This document shows positions 46,701 through 55,715 of a stretch of DNA of 58,269 nucleotides, piece by piece. Within the stretch, counting starts at the first letter, position 1. Each line of letters starts with the position of its first letter. A program made the position numbers and the translations under genes. This DNA is from a virus (lineage: Duplodnaviria > Caudoviricetes). The stretch is from positions 1 through 58,269 of the IMG/VR virus record IMGVR_UViG_3300017728_000008; one strand, given 5' to 3'. The notes under the pieces are model-generated. The model was not told the DNA's origin and did no database searches. It saw nothing but the letters and a program-made list of their open reading frames with translations.

Positions 46701-47757
46701 TTTGTTCTAAATAATTTGCATAAATTAATCTATTACCCATTATAGTTTGAGCAGTAGATAATAAAGGTACGTTGTCGTATAATCTTAAAATTTCACTTGA
46801 TGGTAGTATTGTAAATATTTTTTGGTCACTAAATGTGTAAGTATATTCTGTGTTATTAAAAAGTCCTAAGTCTTCTTTGTTTAGTTTTTCAATAACTTTA
46901 ATAGTACCGGAGTTCATGTCTTTGAATAGCAAATCAACACCCACTACTAATTCACTTCCGGAGTTGTATGTTATTTCAGCTTGATTCCCAAGGTTTAACA
47001 TTCCATCATTTAAGCCTTTTGCAAAACTAAATTGAAAAGGACTTGGTATAAAAGCAGGTGCAGAAAATTGTGAGGTTGCGGAGTATTCACTATCAGCGTA
47101 TTTATACCTGTATGCAAAACTTATAAACTTATCTTCTAAAAAATTATTTTGCCCTGAAGTTGGTAAAGTTTTAACAAGCGGAGAATTTAATGGTGGCTTC
47201 TTAATTACAAGAATAGATTCAGCAGTAAAAGCATCAATTGCTGCTTGAGGATTAGGATAGTCTCTTTCTGTGTTTATAAATCTTGGAGGATTATAATTAT
47301 CAGTAAAAAACAATAACTTTGAATCTACTAAGTTTACACCGTTAATTAAGTAATCTTCGTTAAAATTTAAAGTAGTATTTATATTACCACCATCATTAAC
47401 ACTAATAACGTGGTATGTTAAGATGTTTGTTAAAACATTAAGAGAAACAATAAGGTCTAATTTGTTTGTAACTTGAGAAGTAAAACCGGGGTCCGTAACA
47501 AACCAATATATAGTTTCATTCGCACCATCCTCAAATGCACCTATACATTTTGCTTGACCCGACAAAGGTATACCTTCGTATTCAAGACTTGTTAAAGCAA
47601 CATTCCCTTTTGCATTTTCTACAGAGCCAATTTCTGTTTCTTCTGTAGAACCTAACCTTACGTTTAAGGCATCAGTATATTGCCCATTAGGAATAAGTCT
47701 CTCATCGAGACCTTTGTTCATAATACCCGCAATAAAATTTCTCTGTGTATTCGCCAT
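40741..47757 (-). CDS. tail stabilisation/nozzle protein with a long Cys-rich repeat extension
   Basis: GIMNKGLDERLIPNGQYTDALNVR N-terminus; FSYRY-like motif; FFTDAKRGAV; GMRSWFRD; LGGYDPY; six ~130-aa repeats at the C-terminus. Confidence 0.7.
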   Translation of the reverse strand: MANTQRNFIAGIMNKGLDERLIPNGQYTDALNVRLGSTEETEIGSVENAKGNVALTSLEYEGIPLSGQAKCIGAFEDGANETIYWFVTDPGFTSQVTNKLDLIVSLNVLTNILTYHVISVNDGGNINTTLNFNEDYLINGVNLVDSKLLFFTDNYNPPRFINTERDYPNPQAAIDAFTAESILVIKKPPLNSPLVKTLPTSGQNNFLEDKFISFAYRYKYADSEYSATSQFSAPAFIPSPFQFSFAKGLNDGMLNLGNQAEITYNSGSELVVGVDLLFKDMNSGTIKVIEKLNKEDLGLFNNTEYTYTFSDQKIFTILPSSEILRLYDNVPLLSTAQTIMGNRLIYANYLEQRDIVTAGGFPTQLEYTADLEANIIGLKDIEEELFATVYTIDGVVAVNQSQVAFIDVGDLELKAGASISIQIFFTHSQFSGNPADFPNVTTQSAEISFGFILPQDYNSVYELATSVSFIDAVGSITNIEPVVDACDGTTFTDEFNCIINNNLGNLTKLESGISTAGQPIRIEASPGSNNIGFVLPAMRFVDDPTGAAITVSVYEYYEITGADFTFLEIGNPTSLHSDRTYEVGIIYMDDFNRATTALVSPNNTISVPCANSELQNKIQITIPPEQIAPAFATRYKFCIKQDQEGGFNVFTTFFFTDPSTGADYFLLDGENSTKVEEGDILKVKSDATGPVNRCAFATVLEKKSQPRDFLNPAPLDLNGAEIPVPTGTYMKIRANEFNTDVGDNPVVNYGLISSNGSGCRVVSYPVDIEDSANPGTYVDYSLPAGSRVRIEILNQRRGIRRVPFKKWSVNQTFTVDQEYDNFKEWFDNSNIAGILEAQGSDEGSGVGAINYNPILNGGFLQGCSAGQISCQFTTSNGRTFFSWKSSKGYSGNSRKKTTLQVTIEVIRSTSFIAFETPTQDALPDVWFESSVSYPIIQGNNKCLFKLQVDTNNAPIQFDYLDINNQSSSIIVQNDNNIVDVIGVCNSVTINPSTPPQFPADVTINSSPLTEGTHTGNIQNQTGSIPAIISTEFFNCYSFGNGVESYQARDSIKGKTLELGNRIFTTSAQDYQQVRRFADLTYSGVFNDESNVNKLNEFNLGLLNFKPIEENFGPIFKIDGRETDILTLQEDKISYVLQGKNLLSDSTGGGSIASIPEVLGTQISRIEEYGISFNPESYAKWGPNKFFTDAKRGAVIQLTGTSGQSERLTVISEAGMRSWFRDLFLGSFGTQKLGGYDPYMNEYVLSATSELLPTTPVCIDCGITRTIIITSNSSSNFCVDVGNLVGDVSIDYNVIGVTPSFNIDAEYDNTTVSTGNTTVSGTLIVDKNSVAEDTVEVSIQSSGTTTLEVTVNCPAVTEITIIQVCYSLSADADKFIHNEYRWTDGAFISPLHSEQVELVAGTQNPLISQYTQLSGPQGGGFIPANTASVRIISNRILPIDDYVFDPSLDELRYLRSNTFYANTPNDMAALMAASVNGTPITGGPNTYQVEFPMPNTNEEYLYLIYDYRRPTEVELCYGNIDPFDVCCDCETGDNLRVQKCNLSTTDPVVEYIITEAGGLIIGDFVELSVGDDDCVYQVVQQTQDPLNAVVTTIRTDITDCSDVCQTYEVTNTSPDTAYDVTYVDCDDDSITISLGIGNTETICAKTISTLVGDVTLTLIDCDCTVLPPTIVSEVRRCESSYESLTYPQIGYADTTGFNVTVGDLITITDGSNQQCVWEVLQVDVSQVATFNMLGASSFTDCSEVCQRYEIENSAEKEGGGDLTYTDCDGIVQTLFINDETTIELCAREITNWTGSLGNFNVTLIDCVCNQIYYEAELCQNSAVTTTPASIPETITVLDSAGNLSIGFFVFVNGCAYEITSVVSATGSGTTIDSFSSNFNCSSKCSEYIVTNTSSTLFRTIIYFDCLFQQQSQTIPPASSNIICLTGGQVSLDADLTLQYSGCECNTPLNFRIQQCRADGAIVPLETISQGSTSAKVGDIVSILSNTDCRWEVLALTSLTPTQTINQVESESSCLDVCQEYEITNASGSPILYQYTDCSGVASFIPIANGATVTIAATDLTSATGVSKVLVSCQPSNLLIKKCSLQTVDETHIVPFGQNAQVGDFVSWSEDNCVFEVMNTTSDPLTGTGEVITNILTITDCNEVCQEYRIENPTNVSETITYVQCDGSTNTLTVGPQDIVVFPTCAKDIQPYDPALIITEVGDCDCNLTPSPQLVTVQNCGGDVQPSFPVNDGGFTVFVGSFVTLQDGCIYEVVNTSGSGVAQDTITGISLVSNCIQVCQEYNLINNTQNTITFFYVDCIKPSQIDVPGFGSVAICATEVFADPNIDVELVDCECSNQIP

Positions 47758-47759
47758 TT

Positions 47760-48683
47760 TTATTTAAGCCATTTATCCTTGCCTCTTAAATTCATAAGTA
47801 AACGACCCGGATGTATATTACTTATTCTAATTTTTGCATTACGCAATAAAGCACTTTTTCTTTTACGAGCTCGTGCGATAATATATTCTTGAGTCATTGC
47901 TTTAGAGTTAAGTATTGCATACTCGATATAAGCATAAATATAATCTTCAAATAATTTATTAACACTAATTTCTGTATTGTCTCCACCCTCCATTCCATCT
48001 GAAACATACTCAAGAACTATGCTTTGATTTGCTAAATCAGAACTAAAGTTTATTACTCCTCCTTTTTTGTTTATACTAAAAGTAGGATTAGAGTTGGCGG
48101 TTTCTGTATTTAAACCATACCGAGCTCCTATTGAATAATCAAAATACCACAAACCATCACAACAATACCCCTCCAATCCATTAAAAGGACTATTAGAGTT
48201 TAAATAAATCGACCTTGTACTTCCTTTAATTCTATCTATATCTAACTCTGAGAATTGAGGACTTAACGCATTTCCTTCATGGTCAAATAATATCCTACAA
48301 TTATTGTCTTGCAAATATGCATCAGACCAATTTGTTTGAATGTTTTCAGTTAAAGGGTAAAGCATTCCATTTTTATAAATAGAAATACGGACCCAATTTA
48401 CATAATCAGATGGTAAAACAAATCTCAATGAATTACAAATAGTTAATTGTAAAATTTTTATTTCTTTAAATGCATCGTAATTTAATTCCTGTATACCTCG
48501 TTTAGCGTGAAACAAAACTTTATATCTTTCCTCGTTGTTTATCAAGTTATGATTACCTGCATACATTAACATAAAATTGTTTACGATATCATACAATGAC
48601 ACGTATTGGTAAGAACCCCAATTAGCATCTTCGGGTTGGTTCCCATTGTTTTCATAATATTCGTATTGTGATATATATGGCAT
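47760..48683 (-). CDS. tail tubular/ring (adaptor) protein
   Basis: LPSDYVNWVRIS, IVLEYVSDG; position after the capsid genes. Confidence 0.6.
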   Translation of the reverse strand: MPYISQYEYYENNGNQPEDANWGSYQYVSLYDIVNNFMLMYAGNHNLINNEERYKVLFHAKRGIQELNYDAFKEIKILQLTICNSLRFVLPSDYVNWVRISIYKNGMLYPLTENIQTNWSDAYLQDNNCRILFDHEGNALSPQFSELDIDRIKGSTRSIYLNSNSPFNGLEGYCCDGLWYFDYSIGARYGLNTETANSNPTFSINKKGGVINFSSDLANQSIVLEYVSDGMEGGDNTEISVNKLFEDYIYAYIEYAILNSKAMTQEYIIARARKRKSALLRNAKIRISNIHPGRLLMNLRGKDKWLK

Positions 48684-48689
48684 AATCTA

Positions 48690-49634
48690 TTATTTTTCGT
48701 CTGTGTCTTCTTTTGTTTCTAAGCCTTGTGCAAACTGTACGGCTCCTACTTCTCTAATTGACATACCTGCATATTGTAAAATTTTTAAAACTAAAGTTGG
48801 CTCATCAGAAATTGATAATTCAAAATCTTGAAAGTCAGATTGAGTTTGGTCAAACGAAGGTTCGCCTCCTAACAAGGTAACATATGTCCATTTAGGGTCA
48901 TTAGGATATCTTATGTATTGACATTCTACGGCACCGATAGTGTTTATACTTGCAGGAAACAAACTTAAATTAGGTTCCTGTTGAGTATATGCCGGAAACA
49001 TAGTTGAGGGTGCAGTAAGCAAAGAATTATTAAGCATAGTAATTTTGCTTTGTGTAACTTTTTCTGCTTCATTTACAACACCATCGTCATAAATAACATA
49101 GTTTTGTGGAAACACCGTAAATATATCTGCATTAAGTTGAAGCGTGGTAGGGTTTACTACACTTACAACTTTAGCAACTTGTTGTGTTGTAACATTTCCA
49201 ACAATATCTCCAACACCAACACCGGCTGCAATAAAGTCTGAAGAGTTATCTTCAAGACCATTTACCACCGCATTCGTGTTTACACCTGAAGCCAATAAAC
49301 GAGTGTAAGCTAATACTTTATTTAACAAGTAATAATTATCGTTTGTTGTACTTGGACTTGGGGTAAAAAACTCATTATTAACATTATGTAATAAAAAGTT
49401 AGTTTTGGAAAATATATTTATTACTTCCTCGTATCCTTTTTTGATATCGGCATATCCTGTCCCTGATGCTCTTGCATTTTCTTTATTTATTTGATAGTTG
49501 TACTGATAAAAATAATCTTCAAAAATATCTAACTGTGCCTGTTTAGCAAATAAATTAAAGTCAGAGGGTGAGATGTACCCATAATTATTTTTATTTAGTA
49601 CAGACAATACCGTATTTCTTACCGAATTAATCAT
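48690..49634 (-). CDS. head-tail adaptor/ring protein (start revised to MINSVR)
   Basis: NKNNYGYISPSDFNLFAKQAQ, YIRYP-PKW, DFEL; promoter and terminator lie upstream of 49634. Confidence 0.6.
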   Translation of the reverse strand: MINSVRNTVLSVLNKNNYGYISPSDFNLFAKQAQLDIFEDYFYQYNYQINKENARASGTGYADIKKGYEEVINIFSKTNFLLHNVNNEFFTPSPSTTNDNYYLLNKVLAYTRLLASGVNTNAVVNGLEDNSSDFIAAGVGVGDIVGNVTTQQVAKVVSVVNPTTLQLNADIFTVFPQNYVIYDDGVVNEAEKVTQSKITMLNNSLLTAPSTMFPAYTQQEPNLSLFPASINTIGAVECQYIRYPNDPKWTYVTLLGGEPSFDQTQSDFQDFELSISDEPTLVLKILQYAGMSIREVGAVQFAQGLETKEDTDEK

Positions 49635-49651
49635 TCCTAAAATGTTTAATA

Positions 49652-49659
49652 CAAAGATA
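49652..49659 (-). promoter_or_regulatory. Bacteroidota -7 promoter box (TATCTTTG)
   Basis: Just downstream of the terminator and upstream of ATG 49634. Confidence 0.6.
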
Positions 49660-49662
49660 CAC

Positions 49663-49690
49663 AAAAAAAAAGAGGGTAGTTAAACCCTCT
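49663..49690 (-). terminator. intrinsic terminator
   Basis: AGAGGGT-TTAACT-ACCCTCT followed by a T run on the - strand. Confidence 0.8.
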
Positions 49691-49754
49691 CTTCCTATTA
49701 TTATGATTAAAAACCAACACACCTTTCACACGTGTTGAGCCTACAATATACAAA

Positions 49755-50495
49755 TTACATTTGACTTTCCAAATATTTTAATTGGTCTATTCCATCTTCA
49801 CTCTTAAACCAATCTGCTAAAAATTCTTGTGGGTCAACCCCAAATGGAATTGAAGTCATTCTTTTTTTATTTCCCTCCATATTAAAATAAACATCTTTTC
49901 TTTTATTTCTATAACTCAATAATTTATTGTCAAAAAATAATTGAACTTGAGATTGCAATTTAACATTAGGGTCATTTATAAGGTTTAAAAAACCTTGTGG
50001 ATTTCTCTTTGCAAATATTAATATATCTCTTTTTAATTCAGAGCTACTCAATTTACTGACATCCGTATTAAAAACCACTCGAGCAATATTTTCCATCTGC
50101 TCTATGGATAAAGATTTAGCCTCTACTAATGCATCAACCTCTGCAGTTAACACCTCTACTTCAGCAGCAGCATCTTTTTTGTGGTCCACTTCAACAAACT
50201 TTTTTCCATTTAAAGGGTGATAGTGTAAAAACTCCTGTAGTATAGGATTCTTTTTAGACACCCTAAGCATTCCATCTTCAAAAATTACAGGAGTAACAAC
50301 TACGTTACCATCTTGTTCATCTACAAATGGACTTCTTTGGTTTATTGAAAATCTTAATTCTCTATTAATCCCTTTATCTTCGTCAAAGTATAACAAAGCT
50401 GCATTACGGGAACTTCTTGAAGGAATGATGCACGACAATGGTGCTCTATCTCTTGTGAGTTTATAAACTCTATCTTTTAATTCTGCTTTTTTCAT
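49755..50495 (-). CDS. conserved phage protein downstream of the capsid gene
   Basis: 246 aa; RELR...SPFVDEQ...IFEDG...LQEFL..HP. Confidence 0.65.
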   Translation of the reverse strand: MKKAELKDRVYKLTRDRAPLSCIIPSRSSRNAALLYFDEDKGINRELRFSINQRSPFVDEQDGNVVVTPVIFEDGMLRVSKKNPILQEFLHYHPLNGKKFVEVDHKKDAAAEVEVLTAEVDALVEAKSLSIEQMENIARVVFNTDVSKLSSSELKRDILIFAKRNPQGFLNLINDPNVKLQSQVQLFFDNKLLSYRNKRKDVYFNMEGNKKRMTSIPFGVDPQEFLADWFKSEDGIDQLKYLESQM

Positions 50496-50529
50496 TTTTA
50501 AATAATTTAATTTTAATTCAATTTATAAT

Positions 50530-50564
50530 AAAAGGAGAGGTGTCTTTGAAGACACCTCCCTTTT
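50530..50564 (-). terminator. terminator-like hairpin after the capsid gene, built around palindrome copy 10 (50540-50555)
   Basis: AAAAGGGAGGTGTCTTCAAAGACACCTCTCCTTTT on the - strand. Confidence 0.75.
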
Positions 50565-50574
50565 AAATTCAATA

Positions 50575-52065
50575 TTAGTCTTCGAAAAGGACGAAGTTGT
50601 TCGCACCCATTGTACAAACACATCTTTCTGATAAGAAGTGTACCTCCATAGCATCTAAGCTACTTGTAGCTGCACCACCTGCAGAACCTGTAATCCAAGT
50701 CTTATATCTTCGGTCTTCAGTTTCTGAAGCTCTATATCTTACGTGTAGATAAGGTCTCTTAGCATTTTTGCCAAGAACTTGGTCGTACACAGATGTAGAA
50801 CCTGCAGGAACAAGAAGTCCATTGATTGAACCGGAACCACCGACACCGGCTGCTCCTACTGCTAAACCACCTCTCATTGTAGGGTCGTTTAAGTATTTCC
50901 AATCAGTTTTATAGAAATCATATCCTCTACGGAATCCTGAGAATCCTAAGTTAAGAGCCATTTCCTCATCGTTGTCAAATAGTCCGTAAGACGTACCACC
51001 TCCACCGTAAGAGTTCTGTGCTGCTAACATATCATCAATAGCGAATCCGAAATCTCTATCTAAGAAGATAACATTTTCTTCAATTGCACCTTGAGCATCA
51101 AGTCTTCCGATGATTGCATCGAAATCTCCTAAAGCGTCAGGTACACCACCTGTCCATAGGTTACCTCTGTTTTGAACAGTATAGAATATACCTTCAGAAC
51201 CTTTGTTACCATAGTCAGGGTTGTCAGCCGGAGTAGCCGCACCTGAACCTGCTTCTGCAGGAACCGCTTCTACCATAGCCGTTTCAAGATAGTCATCAAA
51301 TCTTAAACGAGTTTCGTGTTCAGATTTCATGTACCATAAATAACCACTTGCTCCATTTTCAGTAGTAACTTCTACCCATCCAATTTGAGCCATATCAGAA
51401 CCTGATACTGCGTACTTATCTTTGATAATGATTGGCGAATTTTCAAAGATGAAGTCATCAGATTCTAAAGAACCATTCATACCTACTGTACCTTTTTTAA
51501 ATTCTGAACCATAAATAAAGATTGTCACATCTGCATTACCTGCACCTGTTCCTGCCGTTACAAGACCACCTGCTTCATAGAAAGCGACTGTAGCTTGTAT
51601 TGGAGAAACGGTTAAGTCAACCGCAGTTACGATACCTTTATTTTCACCTGAACCATCATTTTGGTGAACCACAACAGTTTGCCCTTCTCTTAAAGCTATA
51701 CCGCCTTGAGCTGAAAAAGGATTCTGTCCTGTGATTACTTGACCTGCAGGACCTGCAGGGTCATTGATTTGAAATGTTGCAACGTCAGCACCTTGTGCTG
51801 CAGCCGTGCCTACTTGAGTATACTTCACGTGAAGTCTACCTTGTTCTGCCCATTTCACTAAATCTGAGTTAGAAGGAAGCTCTGCTCCAACTAATCTTAA
51901 GAACGAACCAATCGTTCTGTTTCCATATCTCTCAAATTCCTTTTCATAAGTATCGGGTAGATACTGATTTAAGAAATCAAAGTTTTGGATGTAGTTTGTT
52001 GCCAACGGCACTTGTTGTGCGGACGGCTGAAGGTCAAAACCGGGACCTGTAAAATTTCCTGCCAT
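50575..52065 (-). CDS. major capsid protein
   Basis: 496 aa after the scaffold and followed by a hairpin terminator; KWAEQGRLH, GYLWY, VHFLSERC; biased codon use. Confidence 0.8.
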   Translation of the reverse strand: MAGNFTGPGFDLQPSAQQVPLATNYIQNFDFLNQYLPDTYEKEFERYGNRTIGSFLRLVGAELPSNSDLVKWAEQGRLHVKYTQVGTAAAQGADVATFQINDPAGPAGQVITGQNPFSAQGGIALREGQTVVVHQNDGSGENKGIVTAVDLTVSPIQATVAFYEAGGLVTAGTGAGNADVTIFIYGSEFKKGTVGMNGSLESDDFIFENSPIIIKDKYAVSGSDMAQIGWVEVTTENGASGYLWYMKSEHETRLRFDDYLETAMVEAVPAEAGSGAATPADNPDYGNKGSEGIFYTVQNRGNLWTGGVPDALGDFDAIIGRLDAQGAIEENVIFLDRDFGFAIDDMLAAQNSYGGGGTSYGLFDNDEEMALNLGFSGFRRGYDFYKTDWKYLNDPTMRGGLAVGAAGVGGSGSINGLLVPAGSTSVYDQVLGKNAKRPYLHVRYRASETEDRRYKTWITGSAGGAATSSLDAMEVHFLSERCVCTMGANNFVLFED

Positions 52066-52091
52066 TACTTTTAATTTTTAAAATTGTTAAA

Positions 52092-53228
52092 TTACTTTTT
52101 ATTACTTTTTATTTTTAAGCCTCTTCCACTCGAAGTAGATAAAGACCTAATTTGCAATCCATCCTTCCTGCTCCCTACTTGAGGTGACTTACGCTCTGTC
52201 ATATCGACATTTTTCATTTTGCGTGTCACATCTTCAGTTGCATCAGACTTGCCTTGTTCATAAAAGAACTGAGCAAATTTTTCCGGATTCATTGCTACGG
52301 CTAATGCTCTGTGGTATCCTTCAGCATTATTAAGTAATCCTGTATCTTGGTCTATATACTTTTTTACAAAAGTAGAAGAATCAAGTTGAGATTCTCTAAT
52401 TCTACTGCTATCACCGGGATTATAATTTAAAGTAGTATCTCCAATCTTGAAATCAAAACCTTTGAAATCTTGAAACACTTCATTGGTTTTATCAACAAAC
52501 CAATTTCTTTTTCTTTTTAATTCCTCGTCACTATTTTTAGCCTCTGCTAAATATTGCTTAAAATCATTAAGTTCTTTTTGTTGCTCTTCAGAAACTCCAA
52601 CCGTACTTGACTCAAGGGGTTGTTTGTACATTTCTTTTTGCTCCTTTAAGAACTTTTTGGCTTTCGCAATAGTTTTCTTTTTTGCCAACTTTTTTTTCTT
52701 TACATCTCTTTCCTCGTCAAGCTCTTCATCGTAAGTATAGTCATCCATAAGGACATCTATATCTTCTTCATCGGTAGCCTCTCCTGAAGAAAGAAAATAC
52801 TCAGATAATAATTGGTCTTCAGACAGAGTAGAAAAATCTCGGTTTAGTTTAACATAATCCTCAATGGTTCTACCTGTTTTCTTTTTATACTCAAAATAAC
52901 CTTTTACGTCTTCAGGCAATTCTTCGTTGTCCTTTTGTTGGTCGAAGATTTGGTCTACAGACGTAAACTCTTTTTCATATCTATTCTTAATAAATGAAAG
53001 AACGTCATCCTCTTTTAACTCAGAGGTTTGAGTTGTTTCTTTTGGTGTATCAGTATTTTCTTCTACACTTTCTTGCTTTTTTGTTTCCTGTTGTGCTTCA
53101 ACAGTTGTAGTTTCTGCTTCCACATTAGTATTAGAGTTTTTAGCCTCTGCTACCTTTAATAGTTTTTCCTCTATTTCTGCTTGGGATTTTTGTTCAGCTC
53201 CCTCTACTGCTCTTACTTTTAATTCCAT
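52092..53228 (-). CDS. capsid scaffolding protein
   Basis: Acidic coiled coil between portal and MCP; FAQFFYEQGKSDA. Confidence 0.7.
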   Translation of the reverse strand: MELKVRAVEGAEQKSQAEIEEKLLKVAEAKNSNTNVEAETTTVEAQQETKKQESVEENTDTPKETTQTSELKEDDVLSFIKNRYEKEFTSVDQIFDQQKDNEELPEDVKGYFEYKKKTGRTIEDYVKLNRDFSTLSEDQLLSEYFLSSGEATDEEDIDVLMDDYTYDEELDEERDVKKKKLAKKKTIAKAKKFLKEQKEMYKQPLESSTVGVSEEQQKELNDFKQYLAEAKNSDEELKRKRNWFVDKTNEVFQDFKGFDFKIGDTTLNYNPGDSSRIRESQLDSSTFVKKYIDQDTGLLNNAEGYHRALAVAMNPEKFAQFFYEQGKSDATEDVTRKMKNVDMTERKSPQVGSRKDGLQIRSLSTSSGRGLKIKSNKK

Positions 53229-53243
53229 TTGATTTAATTTTTA

Positions 53244-53251
53244 CAAAGTTA
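53244..53251 (-). promoter_or_regulatory. Bacteroidota -7 promoter box (TAACTTTG)
   Basis: Intergenic, upstream of the scaffold gene. Confidence 0.6.
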
Positions 53252-53279
53252 ATAAATAAATTCCGTTCAAATTATTCAC

Positions 53280-55715
53280 TTATTTAGGTGAAAATTCTGC
53301 TAAGTCAAACCCGTCTAAACTATCCTCGTTGGATTCAAATCTTTGAGGAGGTAAGTTGTTTTTACGTTGGTTTATAAGTTTAGATTGTTGGGTATTCTGT
53401 TGGTCTATGCGTGAAGACTTTGCGTCTTCTCTTTGTGACTCTCTTGATTTTAAAGCCTCTTCAGAAATATTTCTTAATTGCTGATTATAATTAAATTCTT
53501 CAGCCATTAATTGTGATTTCAATTGTGCTTCATTATTCATTTTTTCAATCTCAAAAGCTATCTCTGCTTGTTTAAGTTGCATCTTGCCTTGCATTTCTTG
53601 TTGTTGTTTTTGCATAGCAACTTGTGCAGCCATTTGTTGAGACTTCATATTTTGTTGAGCGACCATTGCTTGTTTTTGCATTTCCAATTGGTCTTCTCTT
53701 TCTTGCTTTTGTTTACGTTTAAGTTTCAATAACTGATTAGCAAGTTTAATATTTTTAAGTTCTCTAATATATATAGCATCTTCTAAGTTTATATCTTGTT
53801 TAGAAAGAGCCATTTGAATGTTTTGCTCAAGTTTTGCTTTTGCTTCTTCATCCGGTGAGACTTCAATAAATATTCCAAAATCATATATATATAAATCTTT
53901 TATTTGGTCAAGAATAGATACATTATATTTTCCTATTTTGTTTGCAAAATCATCTGCAAAATCAGCGTACTCTAAAATGTCTGCCACCCTATAAGTTAAT
54001 GCTTCTCCTAAAGAGCGATATATATAAAGACTTCCGTCAAGAATATGACGTGTAGCTACATTAGAGTTTAATGCTGCAAGTTTTTGTAAACCGACCAACG
54101 AATTAGGGTCAGGTATACTTGCGTCTCTTGCTTCATTTAAACCTGTAACAGTTCTAATCATATTCAAATAATGATTATAATTAGTAAGAAGCATTTGAGT
54201 TTTACTTGCACCTGAACTTGATTGTAGTTCTTTAATAGGAACTTTACCTTGATTATATTCTCCGTCTTGCGTATAGCTTCTACCTATAACACTACCTGTT
54301 TGGAAATACAACCTAAGAGCATCTTCCGGATTATAAGCATTACCTGTGCCAAGGTCAACTTCGTTTAAGCCGTCAGCATCTATATATACTCCATCAGGAA
54401 CTACTCTTGATATTACTTGTTGTAGTTTTAAATGAGTCATTTGAATTAAATCCGCAAAAGGTATCATTCTGCGAACCAACGATTCTAATACACCTTTATA
54501 CATACGAGGTGCAACCGCTATATAATTTGGTAAAGCATGTTGAGAAGCCGATTTAGGTCTAACCATATTATGAGCTAATTCCCATTTTAATAGAATATTA
54601 GTACCCATTACCATTACACCATCGTACCAAACATCAATAGTTTTTTCAAACTTTTCAAAGTTACCCTCTTCCATAACTTCAGTTGGAGGATTAAATTGGT
54701 CATCTTTTTCTATTACCTTATTGCCTCCTGTTGCCATAATTTTTTTCTTATAAACCATCTTCTGAGTGGTCTTATAATTAAAATACATTAAGGTCACAGT
54801 ATCTCTATAAAAAACATCGTTCTCATAAAATTGTGCAACATTATAGTAGTCATACCAAGACTGACTGTATTTTGAAATTTCTTCTAAGTCTGACGTAGTA
54901 AGTGTGGGGTCGATTTTTATAAGCTCTGTAATCGGTAGGGTTTTCACTTCTCCCCAATAAAAGCAATCTTTAAAGTGTGGGTCTTCCGTATAGCTATAAA
55001 CTATATTTGCAGGGTCCACATATGAAATTTTTACACCTGAACCTTTTAAAAACTCGTGTTTAGCAACACCTATTCCTAAAACAGTTAAATCGTAATCAAA
55101 TCTTTTTCGTAAATCAACATAATGGTTTTCATCAAAAATAGTATTGATAGCTTCTTCTTCTGCTATCTCAATAGATGGTTTGTAATTTAATTGCATATAC
55201 AAAGAAAGCTCTTCGTCTGACTCAGGTAGTTCACCTTTATCTACAACAAAAGGGTCATAGTTGCCCTTTTTTTCTATAATTTCTAATACCGGTTTTGCAG
55301 CCATTTGCCCTTCTATCATATCTTGATATTTAGAACGCTTGGCTTGAGACATAGCATCCTGTGCATATGCCTTAACTCTAAAAAGTCTATCTGACATACC
55401 GTTTACTACAATATCTACAAACTTAGGAATAATAGGAACCGGAGTCCAATCTAAATTAAGATAAGATAAATCTCCATCAATGGCTAATTCATTCTTGTAT
55501 TTTTTAATTGATTGTTCTCCCCTTGCATATAATTTCAACCTATGGAACTCTCTCCATTGGTCATAAAATCTGCATCCGTTTCCATCTTTACGGAACCACT
55601 CATATTGAATAGCCTGTCCAATCATCAATCCATACTCATCAGTTGCTTTTTCTGCATCTGAAACAAATTGACTTGGAAACCCCGCAGATGAAATATTTAT
55701 TTTTACGTCTTTCAT
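53280..55715 (-). CDS. portal protein
   Basis: 811 aa directly after the terminase; PVPIIPKFVDIVVNG; Gln-rich coiled-coil C-terminal barrel. Confidence 0.85.
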   Translation of the reverse strand: MKDVKINISSAGFPSQFVSDAEKATDEYGLMIGQAIQYEWFRKDGNGCRFYDQWREFHRLKLYARGEQSIKKYKNELAIDGDLSYLNLDWTPVPIIPKFVDIVVNGMSDRLFRVKAYAQDAMSQAKRSKYQDMIEGQMAAKPVLEIIEKKGNYDPFVVDKGELPESDEELSLYMQLNYKPSIEIAEEEAINTIFDENHYVDLRKRFDYDLTVLGIGVAKHEFLKGSGVKISYVDPANIVYSYTEDPHFKDCFYWGEVKTLPITELIKIDPTLTTSDLEEISKYSQSWYDYYNVAQFYENDVFYRDTVTLMYFNYKTTQKMVYKKKIMATGGNKVIEKDDQFNPPTEVMEEGNFEKFEKTIDVWYDGVMVMGTNILLKWELAHNMVRPKSASQHALPNYIAVAPRMYKGVLESLVRRMIPFADLIQMTHLKLQQVISRVVPDGVYIDADGLNEVDLGTGNAYNPEDALRLYFQTGSVIGRSYTQDGEYNQGKVPIKELQSSSGASKTQMLLTNYNHYLNMIRTVTGLNEARDASIPDPNSLVGLQKLAALNSNVATRHILDGSLYIYRSLGEALTYRVADILEYADFADDFANKIGKYNVSILDQIKDLYIYDFGIFIEVSPDEEAKAKLEQNIQMALSKQDINLEDAIYIRELKNIKLANQLLKLKRKQKQEREDQLEMQKQAMVAQQNMKSQQMAAQVAMQKQQQEMQGKMQLKQAEIAFEIEKMNNEAQLKSQLMAEEFNYNQQLRNISEEALKSRESQREDAKSSRIDQQNTQQSKLINQRKNNLPPQRFESNEDSLDGFDLAEFSPK

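Noticed and set aside
10828-48807. Other CTGATGA words on the - strand (TCATCAG near 10827, 17448, 20295, 23046, 35731, 48802)
   Set aside because: Inside coding sequence, with no stem II-GAAA or flanking stems visible; treated as chance
26488-53732. Many + strand ORFs opposite the structural genes (for example 27024-27467, 31623-32255)
   Set aside because: Fully antisense to long genes, low-complexity Ser/Leu/Phe translations, no leaders
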